Shown one piece after another: positions 39,812 through 47,566 of a DNA stretch of 64,000 nucleotides. Under the pieces are notes generated by a model. It did no database searches and was not told the origin of the DNA. It worked only from the letters and a program-made list of their open reading frames with translations. The stretch's first letter is position 1. Each line of letters begins with the position of its first letter. Origin of the DNA: an uncultured Acidobacteriaceae bacterium (GTDB taxonomy: Bacteria; Acidobacteriota; Terriglobia; Terriglobales; Acidobacteriaceae); contig CAWAJA010000004.1 in assembly GCA_963782275.1 (NCBI GenBank), positions 108,746 through 172,745 on the forward strand, in the 5' to 3' direction. The position numbers and the translations under genes were made by a program.

Positions 39812-40421
39812 ATGGGACACGAACTTCTCTGCACCGTACGTTCCGGAGGCAAGACGGGCGAGCGGCAAGGCGCTGCTCGAAACCAACGAGATCATCTTTC
39901 GCGGCGACTTTCGGCTGAAGATTCCGTTTGCCTCGTTGAAGTCAGTGGTCGCGCGCGATGGCGAGCTGCACGTGAAGTGGTCGGACGGGTCGGCCGTCCT
40001 GGAGCTCGGCGAGCAGGCTGAGAAATGGGCCCACAAGATCCTTCATCCCAAGAGCACGCGGAAAAGCTGGGCATCAAGCCAGGACTGGTGATTTCGGCGG
40101 TCGCGATGGCTGACCCCAATTTCGTGGATGACGCTTCGCGCCAAGGCGAAGTCGTTCTCGGATTCGAAGGCGCTGAAGGATTCAGATTTGATCTTCTTCG
40201 GCGCGGCAAAGGCTGCCGAGCTGGCGCGTGCCAAGAAGTTGGCGCCGTCGCTGGCGAGAGCGGGCGCGCTATGGATTGTCTATCCCAAGGGCAGACAGGA
40301 AATCACGGAGCTGCAGGTGCTTGCCGCTGGCCGGGCCGCTGGGCTGGTAGATGTGAAGGTGGTCAGCTTTTCCGCAACCCACACGGCGCTGAAATTCGTC
40401 AGGCCGAAGACAAAAGGATAG
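39812..40421 (+). pseudogene. DUF3052-domain protein with N-terminal extension, three frame breaks
   Basis: The pieces read MGHELLCTVRSGGKTGE / GKALLETNEIIFRGDFRLKIPF...KILHPKS / AEKLGIKPGLVISAV...FVDD / LRAKAKSF...GALWIVYPKGRQEITE...GLVDVKVVSFSATHTALKFV. The last part matches the DUF3052 pattern. Breaks lie near 39863 (+1), 40065 (-1) and 40130 (+1). Confidence 0.6.
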
Positions 40422-40508
40422 AGACCTGCTTCGAATCGAGTAACAACGCGCTCTCCGGTTCCACCGACACGGTGGGCGTCGTCTTCCCAGAAAGCGTTCC
40501 TGACATCG

Positions 40509-40868
40509 CTAGGAGCGTGCCGTATCCACTTCGCGCAGACGGGCGGCCTTGCCTCGCAGCGCACGCAGGTAATACAGCTTGGCGCGGCGCACGTGGGCTG
40601 AGCGCAGCACTTCGATCTTGTCAATCACTTTGGAGTTGGTCGGGAAGATGCGCTCGACGCCCTGGCCGAAGCTCATCTTGCGAACGGTGAAGCTGGGCTG
40701 GTTGCCGCCGCTCTTGGAAATGACGAGCCCTTCGAACGCCTGCAAGCGCTCCTTGTCGCCTTCCTTGATCTTTACGTGCACTCGAACGGTGTCCCCGGGT
40801 TTGAAGTCGGGAATATCCGTGCGCCGCGTCTTGGCGAGAAGCCGGTCAATAATCGGTGAGTTCGACAT
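40509..40868 (-). CDS. rplS: 50S ribosomal protein L19
   Basis: 119 aa. ...[32 protein letters not shown]...TVRK...GVERIFP..S is canonical L19. Confidence 0.95.
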   Translation of the reverse strand: MSNSPIIDRLLAKTRRTDIPDFKPGDTVRVHVKIKEGDKERLQAFEGLVISKSGGNQPSFTVRKMSFGQGVERIFPTNSKVIDKIEVLRSAHVRRAKLYYLRALRGKAARLREVDTARS

Positions 40869-41000
40869 CGTTCTTTTCCTTCCGTATCGCGCGCCTCGCG
40901 GCGGCCTAAGTCAGATGTTTTGCAGGTCAGGACAGTGACAAACCAGCCGCTCCCGACCGACGTTATTTCTTGTGTTCGCGAGCGTAGTGGCTCGCTCCCA

Positions 41001-41826
41001 TCACCTGCGTTCTTCTACGGCCTCAATCTCGGCCAGCACTTTCTGGTCTTCCTGGCTCAGCGTCGCCTCGCGCAACAGATCGGGACGATTGCGCAGCGTC
41101 TTCTGCAGTGCACAGCGGCGGCGCCATTTCCGAATCTCATCGTGGTTCCCATTCATCAGCACCTCGGGAACCTGCATTCCGCGAAACTCTGCCGGCCGCG
41201 TGTAATGCGGATAATCCAGCAACCCGCCTGAACTGCACGTCGAACTCGGCGGCCCGCCAGGAGCCTGTCCTTCTTCTTCCAGCCGAATCCGTGAACGACT
41301 CCTGCTGCGCCGAAGCTGCGTTGCCAAGTGCTCCCGGGAGCAGCCGCGTTACCGTATCAACAATAATAGCCGCACCCAACTCGCCGCCGCTCAACACAAA
41401 ATCGCCAACAGATATCTCACGATCGGCAAGATACTCGCTAACCCGCTCGTCTACGCCTTCGTAGCGTCCGCAAATCAGCACGAATGCGGTCACGCTCCAT
41501 CAACTCTCGCGCGACAGCCTGCGTGAACAGCACTCCCTGGGCGACAACAGCACAACAGTTTCACGACTACCCTCTCGCGTTCGTTCCTCACGCGGCGAAA
41601 CCGCCAGCGACTCAAGGCAATCGAAGATCGGCTCTGGCTTGAGCACCATGCCTTCGCCGCCGCCGAACGGCCGATCATCCACCGTGCGATGGCGATCATG
41701 CGTAAACGCCCGCAGGTCGTGAATCCTAATTTCAACCAGCCCGGCCTCGCGCGCCCGGCGCACGATGCCGTAATCCAGCGGTCCGCGAAAAAAGTCCGGA
41801 AAAATCGTCAGGATCTCGAACTTCAC
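41001..41826 (-). pseudogene. trmD: tRNA (guanine37-N1)-methyltransferase TrmD, three frame breaks
   Basis: The fragments are 41500..41826 (MKFEILTIFPDFF...DDRPFGGGEGMV), 41137..41493 ([15 protein letters not shown]...GDFVLSGGE) and 41001..41327 ([34 protein letters not shown]). The unlisted bridge [15 protein letters not shown] is in the third frame. Breaks lie near 41545 (-1 in a C run), 41495 (+1) and 41290 (+1). Confidence 0.9.
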
Positions 41827-41859
41827 TTGTAATCCTGCGCGAGCATGGCGCTTTGCCCT

Positions 41860-42519
41860 CTACCTTTTTGGCTTGCGCATTACACCAGCGGCACGCGTTT
41901 CGTCCGCTTCCGATTTCTGCCGCTGCTTCTCTTCAGCACTCAGCGGAGCTTCCAACTCCAGCAGCCCTTCAGGCAGGCGCATTTCAATCCGCCCTGCCTC
42001 AAAATCTGCTGCCTTCAAGAACTCTTCAGCGTACGGTACCAGGAGCTCCTGCTCGTCGCTTTCACCATGGCCGGTTTCGCTTGCGACCGAAGGTCTGCAC
42101 CGAACCACCAGCAGTGGCGCCTCACCGGCTCCAAACCGTACTTCCTTTACAATGCCTAGCAGGTGCCGTTCGCCACCCGCACTCGTCACCCAAACTTCAC
42201 AGCCAACGATCTCGCTGACGTAGGCAGCGCCTGCCTCCAGCTCAGTTCGCGCCTCGCGCGGAATCTGTAACTCTAATCCGACGAGTTGCTCGGCCTCGCT
42301 GATATTCTCCACACCAGCAAACTTCAATACCACGCCGCCCTTGTGAAACCAATGCTCTTCCAACCGTAAGTCGCGACGGCTGCCCTCCGCCGTCAGCCCC
42401 GATAATTGGCGACGCTCTTCGAATCGCTGGGGAAAATCCGTGTGCAGCTCTGCCAGAACTTCCCCGCGCCGTCCTTGCGGACCGAGTACGCGAGCGACGG
42501 TGATAAACTCGCCGGCTAT
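41860..42519 (-). CDS. rimM: 16S rRNA processing protein RimM (start codon not identifiable)
   Basis: The frame is open from 42519: [33 protein letters not shown]...[21 protein letters not shown]... There is no in-frame ATG, GTG or TTG before the TTG at 42363. The 5' end abuts the KH-protein stop. Confidence 0.8.
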   Translation of the reverse strand: MAGEFITVARVLGPQGRRGEVLAELHTDFPQRFEERRQLSGLTAEGSRRDLRLEEHWFHKGGVVLKFAGVENISEAEQLVGLELQIPREARTELEAGAAYVSEIVGCEVWVTSAGGERHLLGIVKEVRFGAGEAPLLVVRCRPSVASETGHGESDEQELLVPYAEEFLKAADFEAGRIEMRLPEGLLELEAPLSAEEKQRQKSEADETRAAGVMRKPKR

Positions 42520-42747
42520 TCGACAATCTCCAACTGATAGCGCTTGCGGGTGCGCAGTGCAGCCGCATTCACAATCGTGCGCAGGCTGCGCGCCATTCGT
42601 CCCTGACGGCCGATGATCCTTCCCAGGTCATCCTCGGCGACGAACAATTCAAGTATCGTTTGTCCGCCTTCTTCGAAGGCCTCGACCTCGACCTCGCCTG
42701 GCTCAGTCCACCAATCCCTTGGCTAGATGGTCTACCAGCCCTACCAT
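42516..42747 (-). pseudogene. KH-domain RNA-binding protein (YlqC/UPF0109 family), one +1 frame break
   Basis: [14 protein letters not shown] / [49 protein letters not shown]...QLEIVE. One extra T is at 42705. Confidence 0.8.
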
Positions 42748-42806
42748 GTTTGCTGCACTGCCAGTCATGCGGCGGCTCCTGTTCTTGAGCGTTGCGAACG
42801 GCGCGT

Positions 42807-43088
42807 CTAAGCGACAGCCGTCGGCTCTGGCGCTGGCTCTGGCTCCGCTGGGGCCGGCGGCGCTGGGGCTTTGTCCACCAGCTTTTTCACACGGTCGGAC
42901 AATTGCGCGCCCTTCGATGTCCAATAGGCAATGCGTTCGCGCTTTAGCTCAACCGTGGCGGGATTGGTCCGCGGGTTATAAGTGCCAACCACTTCCACCG
43001 ACCGGCCATCGCGCGCTCGGTCCTTCTCAATCACGACAATGCGGTAATGCGGTTGCTTGCGCGCGCCACGGCGCGACAGACGAATCAT
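42807..43088 (-). CDS. rpsP: 30S ribosomal protein S16 (with a Pro/Ala-rich C-terminal tail)
   Basis: MIRLSRRGARKQPHYRIVVIEKDRARDGRSVEVVGTYNP... is canonical S16. The longer upstream ORF extension has no support. Confidence 0.95.
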   Translation of the reverse strand: MIRLSRRGARKQPHYRIVVIEKDRARDGRSVEVVGTYNPRTNPATVELKRERIAYWTSKGAQLSDRVKKLVDKAPAPPAPAEPEPAPEPTAVA

Positions 43089-43435
43089 TAACACGAAGCT
43101 GTTTCCTTTCCTGCCAGTCAGTGTCCACGAAGGTACGCGTTCCATCGCCAACCTAAACTCAGACAACCTTAAGCTTGGAATTGGAATGCGCCAATGGCGC
43201 AGATTTCCCTCAGGCGAGACGACCGGCCCCGCCAAGCGCACTTTTGGGCTCGGTGGGTTGGACGGGTGCTCCAGCGATCAAACGGCTCCGCTACCACACC
43301 CCAACAAGCACAGCGTGGTGCTCATTGGACCTCACGTACCTGGAGGCAACAACTCATTCATTATTGCGGATTGGAGCGGGCTTTGGCAAGCGACAGCCAG
43401 AGTGTGATGTACTGTATGAACAACATCCGACCACT

Positions 43436-44187
43436 ATGTTTAGACTTCTCTGCGTAACTGCTCATCCTGACGACGAAGCCGGCGCATTTGGAGGCACGCT
43501 GCTGCTCTATCACGAGCGCGGAGTGGAGACCTCCGTCATCTGTCTGACCGCCGGAACCGCGGCCCGAAACCGCGGCACGGCTCGCACTGACGAGGAGCTG
43601 GCCGCGCTGCGTCGCGCCGAGTTTGCCGCCTCCTGCAAGCTGCTAAACGTCAGCCACTGCGAGGTCTTTGACTTTCCGGACAGCAAGCTTGATCGCACCG
43701 ATCTTCTTCAGGCCGCCGGAACGCTCGTACACGCGCATTCGGCAAATCCGTCCACACGTGGTAGCTCACGTTCGGCATCGACGGAGGACTCACCGGCCAC
43801 GTCGATCACGCGATGGCGGGAGTGTTCGCGAGCATGGCGTTCGAGTGGGCAGGCCGTCCTGATCGCTTCCCCGAACAGATCGAGCAGGGCCTGCAACCGC
43901 ATCGCGCGCAGAAGCTCTATTACTTCACGGCAGACTTCGTGTTGCCAGATCGCCAGCCAATTGCTCCACCGACGGTGACCGCTCGCATCGAGATCGGCCA
44001 AGAGCGCTTTGAGAAGAAGACCAAGGCGTTCCAGCAGCACACGACACAAGCGCCTCTATTCCAGCGCGTGAGGAAGAATCTTGGCCAGCAGCGTGGTACC
44101 GCCGAGATGTATCATCTCGTCGCAACCCGCGATCCGCGCGAACCCAAGTTGGAGACCGACTTATTCGAAGGAGTGGTCGAAGACTGA
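43436..44187 (+). pseudogene. PIG-L/LmbE family N-acetylglucosaminyl deacetylase, two +1 frame breaks
   Basis: MFRLLCVTAHPDDEAGAFGGTL (AHPDDE motif) ... / RIRQIRPHVV / LTFGIDGGLTGHVDHAMAG... to the stop at 44187. Breaks lie near 43725 and 43770. Confidence 0.8.
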
Positions 44188-44462
44188 GCGCTGCTGAACA
44201 AGCCGCCTACTTCGACCTTCTTCTTCGGAGTCTCGGTTGACGAGCCGCCTAACTGTCCAGTCACGCTGGCCAGCACTTTCTGGAAGGCCTCTTCCTTGGT
44301 CAACTCTTTCTTGCCGGTCTTGTTGTGCCGGTATTTGTGCTCGTAGCTGCAGGTGCGGCAGCGCACCTTCTGCACCTCTTCGCCTTCCATCGAAACCACG
44401 GCGTGGTCGGTGGTACGCTTGCACCGCGAGCAATAATCGTCAACGTAATCGCCCAAACGCAT
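44112..44462 (-). CDS. Hypothetical zinc-ribbon protein
   Basis: MRLGDYVDDYCSRCKRTTDHAVVSMEGEEVQKVRCRTCSYEH has CxxC...CxxC spacing. It starts 15 nt after the DUF4136 gene stop. The C-terminal low-complexity tail overlaps the convergent PIG-L gene, so the 3' end is uncertain. Confidence 0.45.
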   Translation of the reverse strand: MRLGDYVDDYCSRCKRTTDHAVVSMEGEEVQKVRCRTCSYEHKYRHNKTGKKELTKEEAFQKVLASVTGQLGGSSTETPKKKVEVGGLFSSAQSSTTPSNKSVSNLGSRGSRVATR

Positions 44463-44476
44463 GAGTGGATCTCGCT

Positions 44477-45007
44477 CTACTTGGTCTTCGACGTCGGCGG
44501 ATATCCCTTGAATAGCTTGGCAACCGCCTTGTCGAGGATCTTGATGTTCTTGTCGGAATTGTCGGAGATGGTGTCGGTGGCCGAGCCGCGCCACAACAAT
44601 TCCTTTTGCTTTGGATCCGAGAGCTCAACAACCAGCGTTCCTATCTTGGTCACCCATGTGTTGTACGTCGTGGTCGTCGGTCCCCAGCCGCCCCAGCCCC
44701 AATACGGTCCCATGTTGTAGCCGGTTCCAACTACTTCCTTCTGATCGTGGATGCTGTTGCTGTACACGACATACACATCGGGATTGGAGTCCACCTTGGT
44801 CAACCCCTTCGCCTGCAACTGCTTGTCGATGGCTTCCATAATGCGTTGGTCCCAGAAGCCCTTCGCCGGATGAGGGCTGGGCTGCCACATGTAAGTGTGA
44901 TATTGGGAGAAATTCGCCTGGCGGTCCCAATCGATGTCCGTCTTCTGCGCGAGGGCCGCGGAAGAAGCAAGAAGACCCAACACCACTATTGCAAGAAGTC
45001 GATTCAT
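44477..45007 (-). CDS. DUF4136 domain-containing secreted protein/lipoprotein
   Basis: Signal peptide MNRLLAIVVLGLLASSAALAQ. The sequence ...GTLVVELSDPKQKELLWRGSATDTIS...AVAKLFKGYP matches the DUF4136 pattern. Confidence 0.7.
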   Translation of the reverse strand: MNRLLAIVVLGLLASSAALAQKTDIDWDRQANFSQYHTYMWQPSPHPAKGFWDQRIMEAIDKQLQAKGLTKVDSNPDVYVVYSNSIHDQKEVVGTGYNMGPYWGWGGWGPTTTTYNTWVTKIGTLVVELSDPKQKELLWRGSATDTISDNSDKNIKILDKAVAKLFKGYPPTSKTK

Positions 45008-45179
45008 GCTACGGCTCCGTTTTGATTGATGACGTGGGACTTACTACTGCACAAGAAGATAGCCCATCGCCTCGTAACGATACTCCAACCCCTTTCTGCC
45101 GTCCAGACTCGATAACAAGAGGCAAACTCCCCACGGGAACCTTTTCGTTTCTGTGGCGTATTCAAGGTCAGTATTTGTC

Positions 45180-45749
45180 ATGAGTGGAATGACCATCTGC
45201 CGATATCTCTGGTCGGCCTTTTTTGTGATCTGGCTCCTGTGGGCTTTGGGCGCCAAGCGGACACAGACTCGGGAAAGTTTCGCCTCTCGAATTCCGTATC
45301 TCATCTTCACCGTGGGCGCGTTCTACCTGATGTTCAGTCACGACATGGCGTTCGATTGGCTACGCCAGCGCATCCTGCCATCAGACCCTTGGATCGAGAA
45401 CCTGGGCATCGCCATCACCGCCGCCGGCCTGCTGTTCGCGATCTGGGCCAGGTTTCACCTCGGCCGCAACTGGAGCGGCCAAGTCACCGTAAAGGTTGGC
45501 CACCAGCTCATTCGTTCAGGGCCCTATCGCTGGGTGCGCCATCCAATTTACTCCGGGATGATTCTGGCCCTGATCGGCACTGCCATAAGCAAAGGACAGC
45601 TTGGTGGATTCGTTGCCGCCCTGCTGCTTTGGATCGGGTTCACCCTCAAGAGCAGGATCGAGGAGCGGTTCATGGCGAACACCTTCGGTCCGGAATACGA
45701 ACAGTACAGCCAGAGCACAGGTGCGATTGTTCCCCGGTTGAGATCCTAG
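45180..45749 (+). CDS. Isoprenylcysteine carboxyl methyltransferase (ICMT/PEMT) family membrane protein
   Basis: Polytopic, with the motif LIRSGPYRWVRHPIYSGMILALIG...EERFM. An ATG at 45180 is preferred over the GTG at 45153. Confidence 0.8.
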   Translation: MSGMTICRYLWSAFFVIWLLWALGAKRTQTRESFASRIPYLIFTVGAFYLMFSHDMAFDWLRQRILPSDPWIENLGIAITAAGLLFAIWARFHLGRNWSGQVTVKVGHQLIRSGPYRWVRHPIYSGMILALIGTAISKGQLGGFVAALLLWIGFTLKSRIEERFMANTFGPEYEQYSQSTGAIVPRLRS

Positions 45750-45780
45750 CGGCCAGCACCCCCCTCCCCATATCCCCTCG

Positions 45781-45882
45781 CAAAATATTGAAAACAAAAA
45801 GAAAGAAAAAAACTTCCCTTGCAAAATATTACATCGAAAGGAGTTAGAGGTCAAAATATTGTATTCAAAGGACTTACGCGAG
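45781..45882. repeat. Three copies of CAAAATATT(G/A)-led units in an AT-rich convergent gap
   Basis: Copies start at 45781, 45822 and 45852. Copies 2 and 3 (caaaatattacatcgaaaggagtta / caaaatattgtattcaaaggactta) are adjacent units of about 30 nt. Confidence 0.4.
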
Positions 45883-46191
45883 AACGGCTTTGCCCATTTG
45901 AAAGTAGACAGGAGTCGGTCCTTAACCGCTGAATGAAGTCCGGTAACTGGCCACTGACAGCTACATCTGTTTTTCAAAGATCCCTTGGCCTTACCGACGA
46001 CCACGAAAGGCCTTCGGCGGCCATTGGGAACTGTTGTCCCAACACAACAGTGTGCAAGGCGGATCGGCGCTTGACAACAGAAATCCAGCCGGACGACTTA
46101 CCAAGGTAATTCGCAATTCAGCGATAGAGCTTACCAAAGTAACTTTACGCAGGGCGGCCGCCGGTGTCTTCCTGGCTGGGTTCAGGGCGGG

Positions 46192-47382
46192 CTAACGCGG
46201 CCAGCGCTTGTCCAGCGGGGGAAATGGCGGAAACTGGGCATGCGGCTCCTGCTGGTACCAGTAGGCTAGCGACGCGATATCGTCCGCCAGCGGGCGAAAT
46301 GGGCCATTTGGTGACCAACCCAACGCCTGGATGGAAACCCGCAGGTCCCGTCTGAAGCAGATTGGGTCCATAATATGCCAGCGATATAGGCTCCATTTTT
46401 GCGGGCTATGCTTGCTATCGGCTTTCAGCGTGCTGCCAGAATACGGCCCGGTAAAGGCGCTGGGGAAGCCAAAACTCCCGCCGAAATAGTCCTCTGTGCC
46501 TGTGCCACAAATGGTAGGAAACTCGCGATCTCCGTCGATGTAGAACTTCATTTCGCCCTCGCCGAACCAGCCATCTGAAAGCTGAGTCCAGGCAAGAAAA
46601 GTGCCGACGTACCGCCCTTCGCCCTGGACGGAATCCAGAATCGTCTGCACCGGATTGTCCCGCGGCGTCACACTGCGCCGCCACTGGGCGTGAAAATAAC
46701 CCGCTCCCTGAGGAACTGCGGCCAAGGCATATGTAATCTGATAGGCAAGCTGCGAAATATCCTTCTCCGACTCGTTCGTGAAAGTAATCCTTGCGTGCTT
46801 GCGAAACGGCATAGGCCAGTAGCAATTGAGCGCCGACGTGGGGTTCACCACCACAGCCAAGGATCTCACCGGCGCAAACAGATCGTGACCTACGGCGAAA
46901 AAATCGGTCAGCGGGACCTCGACAGAAGGCGATGGCTCGCCATCCCAATAGAAGCGCAAGACGCACGCGCGTCCGTTGCCAGCCCAGTTGGTCTCGGTAG
47001 CCATCCATATGTGCTGGATGACGCCGGGACCAGCCACATCCATTAACGTGACGGTTTGGCCTGCCTTCGGTTTGACGAACGGACTTACCTTCCAGCCTTG
47101 GCCCAAGTCTTGAGCTGCGGCGGCGAAGGGGAGATTGGGGTCCTCTACGTTAGGGACGGCCCGTGCGCCCTTGCCCTTTTCTCCGGTGGGATTTTCCGCG
47201 GAAACAGAGCGTGTATCCCACGTATCCAGCAGGGGAAGGTTACCCAGTCCAGTTGCCAGGATAGATGTTGGCGTTGTCGTTGGCGTCGGGGCCGCAGCGG
47301 CTCCCCGGGTTTGCAGGGCGGTGAACCCGGCTGCACCGAGAACAGATCGGATGGCCTCTCTTCGGCTCGGTTTTTCTGACAT
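46192..47382 (-). CDS. DUF2961 / glycoside hydrolase family 172 protein, Tat-exported
   Basis: Tat-like SRREAIRSVLGAAGFTAL... signal. The motifs are GPGVIQHIWMAT, LRFYWDGEPSPSVEVPLTDFF, NCYWPMPF, FHAQWRR and WFGEGEMKFYIDGD...GTGTEDYF. Confidence 0.85.
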   Translation of the reverse strand: MSEKPSRREAIRSVLGAAGFTALQTRGAAAAPTPTTTPTSILATGLGNLPLLDTWDTRSVSAENPTGEKGKGARAVPNVEDPNLPFAAAAQDLGQGWKVSPFVKPKAGQTVTLMDVAGPGVIQHIWMATETNWAGNGRACVLRFYWDGEPSPSVEVPLTDFFAVGHDLFAPVRSLAVVVNPTSALNCYWPMPFRKHARITFTNESEKDISQLAYQITYALAAVPQGAGYFHAQWRRSVTPRDNPVQTILDSVQGEGRYVGTFLAWTQLSDGWFGEGEMKFYIDGDREFPTICGTGTEDYFGGSFGFPSAFTGPYSGSTLKADSKHSPQKWSLYRWHIMDPICFRRDLRVSIQALGWSPNGPFRPLADDIASLAYWYQQEPHAQFPPFPPLDKRWPR

Positions 47383-47566
47383 GTAAGCTCAGGTGGCGGA
47401 TGTTCCCCGTTACCTCAGTGTAGCGCACATTCGATGCAGCTCTCGCTCGCCCTGAGTTCGTTGTGGAGGAGGGCAACTGCGTTTCTTTCGCGATAGCCTC
47501 AGAATAGGTTCGGAATAAGTTCGGAGCTGCTGCACGTTTTCGCCCGAGCCCAGTTCGCCCTCAACC

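Noticed and set aside
45781-45882. CAAAATATT-led repeats considered as a possible miniature CRISPR array.
   Set aside because: There are only three units. The repeats are about 9-25 nt and degenerate, with irregular 41/30-nt spacing and no cas genes in the window. This is not a CRISPR architecture.
47508-47525. GTTCGGA-N4-GTTCGGA direct repeat upstream of the GH172 gene as a possible operator.
   Set aside because: A 7-mer repeated once at fixed spacing is expected several times by chance in 64 kb. There is no second copy and no nearby regulator to support it.
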